Below, piece after piece: positions 25,983 through 35,576 of a stretch of 64,000 nt of DNA. Location: assembly GCA_049300195.1 (NCBI GenBank), contig JBAQJF010000064.1:710-64709 (forward strand). Reading direction: 5' to 3'. Position 1 is the stretch's first letter; every line of letters starts with the position of its first letter. Source of the stretch: Terriglobales bacterium. GTDB taxonomy: Bacteria > Acidobacteriota > Terriglobia > Terriglobales > Acidobacteriaceae. The notes beneath the pieces are model-generated. The model made no database searches. It was given only the letters and a program-made list of their open reading frames with translations, and was not told the DNA's origin. Both the position numbers and the translations under genes were made by a program.

Positions 25983-28900
25983 ATGCGCCATCGAAGTACT
26001 GCAATCACAGCCAGAAGTTTGGCTGGAGGCAGATTGAACTCCCAGATTTCATTCGGATTCTTGCTGGCGGCGCCGCTTGCTTTCACAATGAGTGTGGCGA
26101 GCCACGCCCAGACCTATAAGGTGAACTCGGGCACAACCGATCAAAGCCAGCAACAAACTGACCAGCAAAAGGCCACACATCCGCAAAAGAATGCGCAAGC
26201 ACAAGCTCAATCGCAATCCGACAAACTGGGCTGGGGTTCAAACATTCAGAACGCCCGCCTGGCACGCGCGGCCGAAACTGCACTAAAGAGCGGCGACTAC
26301 GCCGCCGCCATGGACTTCGCGCAGCGCGCAGCGCAGTCCGCGCCGGGCGATGCCAAACTCTGGTTTCTGCTTGGCTACGCCCAGCGACTCGCCGGCAAGA
26401 CCCAAGCATCGGTCGAATCCTACAACCACGGGTTGCGCATTAACCCTTCCTCGCTCGAAGGCCAGTCGGGTTTGGCCCAAACGTTCGCCCGCATGGGACG
26501 CAAAGATGATGCCCTCAAACTTTTGACGCACGTGGTCGAGTCCGATCCGGGGCGAATCACCGATGTCCAGCTGCTGGGTGAGATGCTGTTGCAATCGGGG
26601 AACTTCGATGATGCCCTCAAGCAGCTTCAGCGCGCCGAGCAAATGCATGCCGATGCGCGTTCCGAATTGCTGTTGGCCATCACTTATGAGCGCCTGAATC
26701 AGGACAAACAGGCCGAACATTACCTCGACATTGCAAAGCACCGCTCGCCCAATAATCCTGAAGTTGTGCGCGCTCTGGCGGGCTTCTATCGCGAGATGGG
26801 GAATTACTCCGCCGCGATTGCCGCCCTGAAGTCGCTCCCGAACAAGAGTCCGGAGGTCAAAGCTGAACTCGCCTATACATACCAGCTTGCGGGCAAGCAG
26901 GATGAAGCCGCGAAAGTTTATGTCGAAGCGGCCAACGCTGCGCCACGCGACGTGAATTTGCAGCTCTCGGCTGCACAATCGGAATTGACGGCCGGCGATG
27001 TTGATACGGCAGTGAACTACCTCGACCGCGCAGATAAACTAAACCCAAATCACTATCGCCTGCACGCGATTCGCGGCGAGGTTGCCAACCTCGAAGAACG
27101 TAATGAAGACGCTGCCAGGGAATACAACGCGGCCATCATCAATCTGCCACGGGAGCCCGCGGAAGGTCCGCTCTATTCCATCCAACTGCACCTTAATCTG
27201 GTGCAGATTTACGACCGCTTGCAGAATGATGGCGCCGCCAAAAGCCAGCTGGCGATTGCTCAGTCCGAAATCGATCAGCTGAATCTCGAAGGAAAAAGCC
27301 GCGAAGATTTTCTCCGTTTACGCTCACAGATCAAACTCTACGCCGGCGATACCAGCGGCGCGCTGCAGGATGTTCACGATGCGCTGGCTCTGAATCCCAA
27401 AGATCCAAACGCCCTGCAACTGAATGGCGATCTGCTAGTGAAGATCGGCCGGGCCGAAGAGGCGCTCGGCATCTACAAGAAGGTTCTCACGCTGGATCCC
27501 GACAATGAATTGGCGCTCACCTCGCTCGGCTCGGTTTCGCGGCAACTTGGCCATGACAAGGAAGCTGAAAAATATTTGTTGCGGCTCGCCGCCACTCATC
27601 CACGTTACTACGCTTCCTATCTTGCCCTGGGGGACCTTTACACAGCGCGCCGGGAGTATGACAAAGCCGAAACGAATTATCGCAAGGCGCATGGCCTCGC
27701 TCCGCGAAACACTCTGGCGATTGCCGGTGGCATGAACGCCGCCATCGAGGCCCACCGGTTCCCACTAGCCGGTGAGTGGCTCAATCTTGCCTCGGCGCAG
27801 ATGCAGCAGGATCCATTCATCATGCGCGAAAAAGAACGCTACCTCAGTTGGACCGGAGATTACAAAGATTCTGCCGCGATCGGTGAGCAACTTATTCAAA
27901 AGCTTCCGCAGGATCGCGACGTGGTTGTCTATCTCGGATATGATCTGCTCCATCTGGAGCGCTACGACGAGCTGCTGGCGCTGGCCACCAGGTATCAAAA
28001 TGTCCTTCCGAAGGAACCGGACCTTCCTCTTCTGGCTGGCTATGCCTACAAGCACAACGGGGATCTCGCCGATGCACAATCCGAATTTACCAAGTCAATC
28101 GAGCGCGGACCCAATGTGGCGACGGCATATGTGAATCGCGGCTTCGTGCTCCATGACCAGCGTCAAAGCGCAGCCTCGGCGGCGGACTTCAATGCCGCGC
28201 TGAAGATCGAACCAAAGAACGGCGAAGCCCACCTCGGGCTCGCCTATGCCGATCTGGATTTGCATCGCGCGCGTCCCGCGCTTGAGCAGGCAAAACTCGC
28301 CGAAAAAGCTATGGGCGACTCCATGGCGCTCCATCTGATTCGCGGAACCGCTTATGGCGATGAAGGACTGCTGAAGCGCGCAATCGCGGAATTCCAGCTC
28401 GCGCTGAAAAGTAATCCCAACGATCCCAATCTTCACGTGGCCATCGCCGATGCGCTCTATGAACTCCATGAGTATCAGGAAGCGATCAACGACCTGCTGG
28501 ATTCCGACAAACTTGCCCCCGGCAACGGGCTGGTATATGCGCAGTTGGCGCGCTGCTTCGCGCAGCTCCATGAGCGCAATCAAACGATGCACTATATCGA
28601 GCTAGCGGAAAAGGCCGGACCGGGCGCTGTCTACGTTTCGACAGGTGAAGCGCTCAGCGTCCTGGGCGAGCAGAAGGCTGCAATGGCGCGCTTTGAGCGC
28701 GCGCTTTCTCTTACCGGCAGCGACCGGGTCGAGGTTCGTCTCGCGATCGCGCACCTGATGATGAATAGAGAACAGATGGACGATACGCGCCGCCAGGTCA
28801 CGCTCGCTCTGATGGAGGCCGCTGCGGGACGCACAGAGCCGCCCACGGGGACCGAGCTCGTGCAAACGGCCGACATCTTTCTAGGCATGCACGAATATCA

Positions 28901-30242
28901 ACTCGCGCAAGTTTATTTTCAACGCGCGCTGGCTGTCGGAGCGCCCGAGTCTGATGTGCGAATCGGACTCGCGAATGCCTACTTGGCGACCGGCGACACG
29001 ACTCGAGCCGAGGCTCAACTGGATGAGGTCAACAAGAATCTTGGCGAAGATGAACTCAGCTACAACTATCTACTGGCGAGAGCGAACGTGCTGCGCCAGC
29101 TCCGGCAGAACGCGCAAGCAGTGACGGCCTTTGCCCAGGCCGCGCAAGCCGCGGGCGAGGATACGACGGCCGAGCAGGCGATGTTGCGTACCAGTGGTGA
29201 TGAGGGGCTGAGAATCAATGACACCGTAAGTTTTATCTCCAATTACACGCTCTCGCCTATCTTCGAAGACACGACAGTCTATCCGCTGGATGCGGCATTT
29301 GCCGGCGGAACGAATGGGGCCTTGCCGCCTCCACGTTCTTCGATTCAGAGCCTTTGGACAGAAGCTTTCCACCTGCACATTCAGGGGCTGCCGGAATCGG
29401 GCGGATTCTTTCAGGTTCGCAACGCTCGTGGTGAAATCTCGCTGCCGAGCGCCAACACGATCGTTGACCGCGATACCTGGGACTACAACTTCAATTACGG
29501 CATCAGCCCTTCGTTGCGCTGGGCAGATAACGTCTTCAATTTCAACACCGGCATTCAGGAGACTATTCGCCGGGACTCGCGCGATCCTTACAACATGAAC
29601 CAGAATTTGTTCCGGCAATACGTGTACATGTCGACCAGCTCGTTCTTCAATTGGGTGTCGCTGAACGGTTTTGCGATTCGCGAGGCTGGACCTTTCACGG
29701 AGAATAGTCAGCGCAGCCGTGATCTCTCGGGTGCGTTGGAATTTCGCGTCGGACGTCCGTGGGGCAAGAACGCGCTCATCACCGGATGGGGAGCACGCGA
29801 CGAGCAGTTCTCTCCTATTCCGCGCGAGTTCTATTACACCTCAACCTACGCCGGATTCGAGCGCCGTTTTTCGGACCGCCTTAAAATCCGCGCGATCGGC
29901 GAATATCTCAGGTCGTGGCGCGTAGAAATCAGTCAGTACGCGATTGCGCAGGCATTTCGCCCGGCGGGCACCGTGGACTTCTCGCCTACGCGCAATTGGT
30001 CGATAGAGGCTACTACCGCCTATTCCCGCAATATGGGAATCCATGCTTATGACTCTGTCCAATCCGGATTTGCGGTTTCCTATGCCATGCCGATTCACAG
30101 GACAATCCAGCAGGACGGGCAGGATCTCCCCGTGCACTATCCCATTCGCTTCTCTGCCGGCGTCCAGCAGCAAGACTTTTTCAATTTCGACGGCCCGTCT
30201 ACTCAGCAGTTCAGGCCGTACTTGCAAATCAATATCTTTTAG
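25983..30242 (+). CDS. 1419-aa outer-membrane TPR + C-terminal beta-barrel protein (BcsC/PelB/PgaA-like exopolysaccharide export scaffold)
   Basis: Signal peptide ...LLAAPLAFTMSVASHAQ. About 1000 aa of TPR-like repeats. The last 380 aa or so have alternating beta-strand character and end in ...YLQINIF (terminal Phe, OMP signature). Confidence 0.7.
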   Translation: MRHRSTAITARSLAGGRLNSQISFGFLLAAPLAFTMSVASHAQTYKVNSGTTDQSQQQTDQQKATHPQKNAQAQAQSQSDKLGWGSNIQNARLARAAETALKSGDYAAAMDFAQRAAQSAPGDAKLWFLLGYAQRLAGKTQASVESYNHGLRINPSSLEGQSGLAQTFARMGRKDDALKLLTHVVESDPGRITDVQLLGEMLLQSGNFDDALKQLQRAEQMHADARSELLLAITYERLNQDKQAEHYLDIAKHRSPNNPEVVRALAGFYREMGNYSAAIAALKSLPNKSPEVKAELAYTYQLAGKQDEAAKVYVEAANAAPRDVNLQLSAAQSELTAGDVDTAVNYLDRADKLNPNHYRLHAIRGEVANLEERNEDAAREYNAAIINLPREPAEGPLYSIQLHLNLVQIYDRLQNDGAAKSQLAIAQSEIDQLNLEGKSREDFLRLRSQIKLYAGDTSGALQDVHDALALNPKDPNALQLNGDLLVKIGRAEEALGIYKKVLTLDPDNELALTSLGSVSRQLGHDKEAEKYLLRLAATHPRYYASYLALGDLYTARREYDKAETNYRKAHGLAPRNTLAIAGGMNAAIEAHRFPLAGEWLNLASAQMQQDPFIMREKERYLSWTGDYKDSAAIGEQLIQKLPQDRDVVVYLGYDLLHLERYDELLALATRYQNVLPKEPDLPLLAGYAYKHNGDLADAQSEFTKSIERGPNVATAYVNRGFVLHDQRQSAASAADFNAALKIEPKNGEAHLGLAYADLDLHRARPALEQAKLAEKAMGDSMALHLIRGTAYGDEGLLKRAIAEFQLALKSNPNDPNLHVAIADALYELHEYQEAINDLLDSDKLAPGNGLVYAQLARCFAQLHERNQTMHYIELAEKAGPGAVYVSTGEALSVLGEQKAAMARFERALSLTGSDRVEVRLAIAHLMMNREQMDDTRRQVTLALMEAAAGRTEPPTGTELVQTADIFLGMHEYQLAQVYFQRALAVGAPESDVRIGLANAYLATGDTTRAEAQLDEVNKNLGEDELSYNYLLARANVLRQLRQNAQAVTAFAQAAQAAGEDTTAEQAMLRTSGDEGLRINDTVSFISNYTLSPIFEDTTVYPLDAAFAGGTNGALPPPRSSIQSLWTEAFHLHIQGLPESGGFFQVRNARGEISLPSANTIVDRDTWDYNFNYGISPSLRWADNVFNFNTGIQETIRRDSRDPYNMNQNLFRQYVYMSTSSFFNWVSLNGFAIREAGPFTENSQRSRDLSGALEFRVGRPWGKNALITGWGARDEQFSPIPREFYYTSTYAGFERRFSDRLKIRAIGEYLRSWRVEISQYAIAQAFRPAGTVDFSPTRNWSIEATTAYSRNMGIHAYDSVQSGFAVSYAMPIHRTIQQDGQDLPVHYPIRFSAGVQQQDFFNFDGPSTQQFRPYLQINIF

Positions 30243-30288
30243 AAGTTGAGAACAGAACCTAAGAATCAGGAGCGGTTACGAACGGGTT

Positions 30289-31662
30289 ATGAAAATCTGC
30301 CTTATTACCGCATTTCCCCCCAGCGGCCGTCAGTTGAATGAGTACGGCCTCTATCTCGCGCGCGAACTTCAGCGAAATCCGCTCGTGAGCCTGACTATTC
30401 TGGCTGACAAGCTGACCGAATACGAATGGAACACCGACGCAAACGGTCAGCCGGTCCACCGCGACAAGCAGGGTGAAGTACCGGGATTCCATGTGATTCG
30501 CTGTTGGGAAAGCAATCGAGTAATGTCTCCCTTACGGCTGATCAAAGCGGTCCATGATTGCAAGCCCGACGTCGTTTGGTTCAACCTGGTTTATTCGACC
30601 TTCGGCACTCCCGAATATCCAGTGGCCGCCTTTGCCGGCTTATGCGCGCCGGCGGTGACTCGCGCCCTGGGCTACTTCACGCACGTCACTCTGCACCACA
30701 TCGTCGAGCACGTCGATTTTGTCGATGCAGGTGTTAAGCGGGAACGGATTTATCGGTTGGGGAGCGCGCTCGCCACGCGCATGCTTTTGAATGCGAATTC
30801 CGTTTCAGTCCTGCTCTCAGGATACCGCCGTACCCTCGCTAAGAAATATTCGGTGGATAATGTTCTGCTGGGCACGCATGGTATTTTCGCCCGTTGTCCC
30901 ACCCCGCCTAACTTCGCGCTGCGTGGCAATCCCGACCAGCGCCTGCTAGCCATCGGGCATTGGGGAACCTACAAGCGCCTTGAGACATTGATGGAGGCGT
31001 TCCCAACGATCCTGCGCAGAGTGCCTTCGGCGCGTCTAATCATTGCCGGATCGAATCATCACACCAAGCCTGGCTATTGGGAGTCGGTTCGCGAAAAATA
31101 TGGGCCTCATCCCCGAATTGAATTTCTCGGCTACGTCCCGGAATCGGGATTGCCGGAACTTTTCAGCACCGCCAGCATCCTGATTCTGCCCTATGACTCC
31201 GCGACTGGCTCCAGTGGTCCGGCGCACCAGGCTTGTGAATATGGTTTGCCGATTGTGTCGGCTGACATCGCCGATTTTCGCGACATGGCCGCCGATGAAG
31301 ACATGGCGATCAGCTTTTACAAAACCGGCGATCCCATGGACCTGGCCGCGCAATTGATTGGACTATTGGAGTCGCCTCAGGATCAGCGCATGGCTGCGGA
31401 ACAGAATTATTCCGCCGCCGTCAGAATGACGATGCCCAATGTCGTCCGCCACTATCTCAGGTGGTTCGAACTGGAGCGGCGCAAACGCTCCCTCGGTTCC
31501 CCGGCTGAGCATCGCCTTCCGTTCATAAGCCGGCGCCGAGCCTCGCTGCGGGCCGCATTACACGGCCTTCCGCCTGCATCGAAGGTTGCGGTTTCCGCGG
31601 AAGAAGATACAGTCGCGCCGGTGGCCGTGCTCTCGCCGCCGACCACCCGAGACGCCGCGTGA
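30289..31662 (+). CDS. GT-B glycosyltransferase, GT4-like
   Basis: MKICLITAFPPSG..., LIIAGSN, and SGPAHQACEYGLPIVSADIADF (EX7E-type region). Confidence 0.8.
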   Translation: MKICLITAFPPSGRQLNEYGLYLARELQRNPLVSLTILADKLTEYEWNTDANGQPVHRDKQGEVPGFHVIRCWESNRVMSPLRLIKAVHDCKPDVVWFNLVYSTFGTPEYPVAAFAGLCAPAVTRALGYFTHVTLHHIVEHVDFVDAGVKRERIYRLGSALATRMLLNANSVSVLLSGYRRTLAKKYSVDNVLLGTHGIFARCPTPPNFALRGNPDQRLLAIGHWGTYKRLETLMEAFPTILRRVPSARLIIAGSNHHTKPGYWESVREKYGPHPRIEFLGYVPESGLPELFSTASILILPYDSATGSSGPAHQACEYGLPIVSADIADFRDMAADEDMAISFYKTGDPMDLAAQLIGLLESPQDQRMAAEQNYSAAVRMTMPNVVRHYLRWFELERRKRSLGSPAEHRLPFISRRRASLRAALHGLPPASKVAVSAEEDTVAPVAVLSPPTTRDAA

Positions 31663-31743
31663 GATAGTTCACTCCAGCGGAGATGCGCTGGCGCGCGCCT
31701 CCGCTAGACTGAAGTCTGCTCACAAGCGATTACCAGGTCACAA

Positions 31744-32982
31744 CTACCATGCCGTGAGCGATTCGCGATTCGAGTATTGCTCGATCAGAACGCCTGCGAC
31801 CGATGTATCCAGCTGATGCTGGACTCCCAGAACCGCACCCCACGCTGGCTTTGGAATCGTCGACCATGCCAGTCCTCCCATATATGCCGTCTGGCCGTCG
31901 ACCGTCAATGTTCCGAATCTCAGGTAACTGTTGATGTCAGTGGAAGGGCTGAAGGTTAGAGGAATCTGCTGGTATCCCGCCGAGGTCACGCGCTGAAGGA
32001 AGTACACCGCGTGATGCCAGGCTCCCGTCGAAAAGCGGCACGGCGACAGGGTGGAAGTGACCCACGTTAGATGGGATCCACTCGGTACCCAAAAGTCCCA
32101 GGCATTCTTTGCGTAGTCGCATTGCGATCCGAACATGAACTCGTGCATGCCGTCGCTCAATGGAACGGTCTGGAACAGGTCAAATTCCATCGCCTGCACG
32201 GTGTTCGACTCGGTAGTGCTCGGAATGTAGAACCAGAACTCCCAGAGATAGTTCGTAGCGCTCTCAAGCGATTGTGGATCGTTGTACTTCCAATAGAAGA
32301 GGCTGTCATCGTACTGGCATGTGCCGTTCACGACAAAATGCAGGCCGGGCGCGGGAACGTTGTTCGTATTGGGATCCGAGCTATTTAGAAACGACCCGAG
32401 GCTGCCGGTGCTGCACTTCCCGCCAACGTCGGGATTGTTGTCAACGGTCCATGATTGGCCGTCGATCCCACTGATTCGCTGGGCGTAGACCGGAGGATCG
32501 GGCGGCATGAAGCCGGTCACGTTGATCTGAAATTTGGGCGAGGTGTAGTTAGTATGCGCATCCCAAGCCTTTAAATAGAGAGTGTGCGGGCCGGGCGGAA
32601 GCGTGACCCAGGCGTCCACCGTCGTGGCGAAATTGCGATAGACGTTCTGGCCGTCGACATAGACTACATATCCGGTGACTGGATTCAGGTCTTCGGCAGT
32701 CGCGGCTACGTGTAGGGGCGACGTCAGATTCGTCATGTCATTGGTTGAAAGTCCCGGAGATTGGATTGAGATGGAAGTAACTTGCGCTTTTACTAATGTA
32801 GCGCATCCTACACAGAGAGGGATGAGTAAAAGAAAGCGCAGTACGAATCCGGTTAGCGCATGGTTTAGATTCGAATCGACCATCAAGGATCGACCCGTAA
32901 CTAAGACGGACACTTTCAATTTGGCCTCCAGGGCCCTGGCAGTCTTCGCCCGTGAAGAGGCTGACATGCGGGGCAGGTGCAT
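31744..32982 (-). CDS. secreted protein: Ig-like N-domain + lectin/jelly-roll-like C-domain (paralog of 39233..40540)
   Basis: Hydrophobic leader LRFLLLIPLCVGCATLVKAQ. The C-domain motif EFDLFQ...FMFGSQC...WDFW parallels EFDINQ...IYGHQC...WDIWD in the paralog. The track ORF extends to a TTG at 33087; ATG candidates are at 32982, 32967 and 32883. Confidence 0.6.
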   Translation of the reverse strand: MHLPRMSASSRAKTARALEAKLKVSVLVTGRSLMVDSNLNHALTGFVLRFLLLIPLCVGCATLVKAQVTSISIQSPGLSTNDMTNLTSPLHVAATAEDLNPVTGYVVYVDGQNVYRNFATTVDAWVTLPPGPHTLYLKAWDAHTNYTSPKFQINVTGFMPPDPPVYAQRISGIDGQSWTVDNNPDVGGKCSTGSLGSFLNSSDPNTNNVPAPGLHFVVNGTCQYDDSLFYWKYNDPQSLESATNYLWEFWFYIPSTTESNTVQAMEFDLFQTVPLSDGMHEFMFGSQCDYAKNAWDFWVPSGSHLTWVTSTLSPCRFSTGAWHHAVYFLQRVTSAGYQQIPLTFSPSTDINSYLRFGTLTVDGQTAYMGGLAWSTIPKPAWGAVLGVQHQLDTSVAGVLIEQYSNRESLTAW

Positions 32983-33196
32983 CTTACGGAAACTTACTGT
33001 GAAAAATACAGTAGTTACCGTATTGACGCAATTGCTCCGACGGTTGCCTACCTTGGTGCTTTTGTACGTAGGATATCCGACTGACAAATGATGGGGGCTG
33101 CTTTACCTGAGAGCGATTCGAGAGCGCGAGCGGACGCGAGTTTGCGAATTCCGAAGAGTAGTTTCCGGCGAACGTAAGCCCGAGAGAGCTTTGAAA

Positions 33197-34378
33197 CTAT
33201 TGTTGCGGGGTTTCGGGTTGAGGCGGTTTCGAGGCAGGCTCACGCGACGGCGAAGTCGGAGTCGGGTCCACCGCGCTGCCGTCGCGGCGCCTTAATTCGA
33301 CGGGTCCGCCAATCCGATGTCTCGCTTCGCTGTGCACTTCGATGGCGCTTGAGACCTGACCTTCGCTGGCGTCGGCGACCGATGACAACTTTTGTCCTTC
33401 GGCTGCCGGGCGGGTCGCGATGCCAACTCGATCATTCGATTCCCCTGCTTCACGCGCCTGGCGATAGAAGTCCTCCGCGCTTTCGAGATCGCCGCTTCTT
33501 TCTGCCATGAACCCCTGGTTATTTAGGGAGAATGCATTATCTGGTCCCAGGCGATATGCTTGGGAGAAGTAATCCCGGGCCGCGCGCCAATCATTGCGGT
33601 TCGCCGCCGAGACGCCGCGCAGATTCAGGAGGGCGACTTGAGCCTCGTCACTTTGCAGGTTCTTCATGTGCTTGCGTAGCTTATCGCCGCTGGCTCTCGC
33701 CATGTCACTTACCGGTTTCCCGCGCCAGGAGCCATTCATCGTCACGATCACGGGATCTTCCACGTGCTCGTTCGCGGCGGCGTTGTAGTATCTCAGCGCC
33801 TCCCCGTATTCGCCCTGCGATTCCTTGGCCACACCCAGATTGTTGAGCGTGAACGCGTTCCTGGGATCGAGCGCGAGCGTTTTCTCAAGCAGCGCGTCCG
33901 CCTCTCGCACGCGTCCTTGCGAAAGCAGTCCGACGGCCCGCACGTTCGCGCGATTGATCTGCATGGGAATGTCGTGGAAAGTGTCAATCGCGCTTTGTAG
34001 GGACTCGCCCTTCAACTCCTTGCTGCTCGTGCGGTCGATTCGGGCCTCGGTCGATTGCGCCGAAGCCAAAGCGTAGAAATTCTGGGCGCGCTCGACTTGA
34101 CCTTCGAGTTCGGAGACATATCCGAGGTTATTCAGTGTGAACGGATCTCCGGGGTCGTAAAGATAGGCTTTGTAGAAAAGGGATTTGGCTTTATTGAAGT
34201 GACGTTTGTTGATTTCATCCACGCCTTCACGGTTCAGCCGCTGGACGGGCGTTAGCTCGCTGCGCTTCGGAATCGTGATCTTGATGTCACCAGCATGGAG
34301 AAGTGGCGCGAACGCAGTGGCAAGCAGCGCTGCAACGATGGTAATCCTTCTCCCCGCGGTGCTCTGACAAACTCCCAT
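33197..34378 (-). CDS. exported TPR-repeat protein
   Basis: Signal peptide ...IVAALLATAFAPLLHAG. Repeated A..YY/FY..A...DP.NAF.LNNLG TPR units and a Pro-rich C-terminus. Confidence 0.75.
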   Translation of the reverse strand: MGVCQSTAGRRITIVAALLATAFAPLLHAGDIKITIPKRSELTPVQRLNREGVDEINKRHFNKAKSLFYKAYLYDPGDPFTLNNLGYVSELEGQVERAQNFYALASAQSTEARIDRTSSKELKGESLQSAIDTFHDIPMQINRANVRAVGLLSQGRVREADALLEKTLALDPRNAFTLNNLGVAKESQGEYGEALRYYNAAANEHVEDPVIVTMNGSWRGKPVSDMARASGDKLRKHMKNLQSDEAQVALLNLRGVSAANRNDWRAARDYFSQAYRLGPDNAFSLNNQGFMAERSGDLESAEDFYRQAREAGESNDRVGIATRPAAEGQKLSSVADASEGQVSSAIEVHSEARHRIGGPVELRRRDGSAVDPTPTSPSREPASKPPQPETPQQ

Positions 34379-34518
34379 TCGGCTAAACTCCTATCAGACT
34401 CCCGCTCGGCTCCGGAGCCTTTTTCCAGCCCATGTTGGATGCTTCCGGATGCCTGAATGCTGCCCGTTTCTAGGGGTTTTCCCGGACTACCCTGCATTCG
34501 CCTGGCGCATCCAATGAC

Positions 34519-35499
34519 TTGCTCCAAGATCGCCTGTTGCTGGAGGAGTTCTTGACTGGTCGTGGATTTAGTGTTTTCGTCTTCACCCTGCTGGCGGTGA
34601 GTTGGGCGTCCGGACAAATTGCGTCTTCGTCATCGCTGCTCGCGAAAGACGGGTTGGCAGCGGACGAGATGGCAACCGATGGATCAGGGGGCCCAAACAC
34701 TATCAGTCCGAATCCTGTCGCGCTGAATAATCAGGGGCCGCGCGCGCTGCCTGACCTGCCGCCGCAGCCGAAGGGAAAGACGACCCTGATTGGAGGGAGA
34801 ATTCGCGGGGTCGATCACGTTCGTGATCGCATCGTGCTTGACATCTTCGGCGGCGGACACATGACGGTTCTTTTCGACGAGCGTACTCACATGTTCAGAG
34901 GCGATCAGCGGGGAGAGCTGGACGACCTCAAGGAAGGCGAGCGCGCCTACGTCGACACTACTCTTGATGGCACGGACATTTTCGCCCGCAATATTCGCGT
35001 GCTTCCCTCGGTTCCGACGGGACAGGGCCAAGGGCAGATCGTCGACTATGACGCAAGCCGAAGGGAACTGACTCTGCGCGATACGCTTTCTCCGCGGCCG
35101 GTGAAGATGCGCCTTATGGCGGGCGCGACGATCGTGCGAGGCAATCAGGACGCTACTCCCGCGGACTTGCAGCCCGGAACGCTGGTGACTTTGGCGTTCG
35201 TTCCGGGGAGCGATAAACGATCCGATAAACAGCCGATGGTGAGCGGAGTATCGATACTCGCATCTCCCGGAGCAACGTTCTTTTTCTCGGGACAGGTGAC
35301 GTTTCTCGATCTGCGTCGAGGCTTGGTTGTGGTCGTCGACCCGCGCGACAACAAGAGCTATGAAGTTTATGTCGATGCGAATGACCGCGAGCTTGCGCGC
35401 AAGATTCAGGAGGGAGCTGACGTGATGATTGAGGCTCGCTTTGATGGAACTCACTACGAAGCGCGAAATGTAACGGTGAATTCCGGGGCAATCAAGTGA
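34519..35499 (+). CDS. exported hypothetical protein with three tandem beta-rich repeats
   Basis: TTG start. Hydrophobic leader FSVFVFTLLAVSWASGQ. Three units of about 80 aa of the type G.I..VD..R..L.L.....V.....T.I.R...A...DL..G. Confidence 0.55.
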   Translation: MLQDRLLLEEFLTGRGFSVFVFTLLAVSWASGQIASSSSLLAKDGLAADEMATDGSGGPNTISPNPVALNNQGPRALPDLPPQPKGKTTLIGGRIRGVDHVRDRIVLDIFGGGHMTVLFDERTHMFRGDQRGELDDLKEGERAYVDTTLDGTDIFARNIRVLPSVPTGQGQGQIVDYDASRRELTLRDTLSPRPVKMRLMAGATIVRGNQDATPADLQPGTLVTLAFVPGSDKRSDKQPMVSGVSILASPGATFFFSGQVTFLDLRRGLVVVVDPRDNKSYEVYVDANDRELARKIQEGADVMIEARFDGTHYEARNVTVNSGAIK

Positions 35500-35576
35500 C
35501 CGGCGATCGAACTGGTCCATGATCGCCTTCAGACTGCTGACATTTCCGCGCCGCAGGCGCTCCTCCACACACCTTC

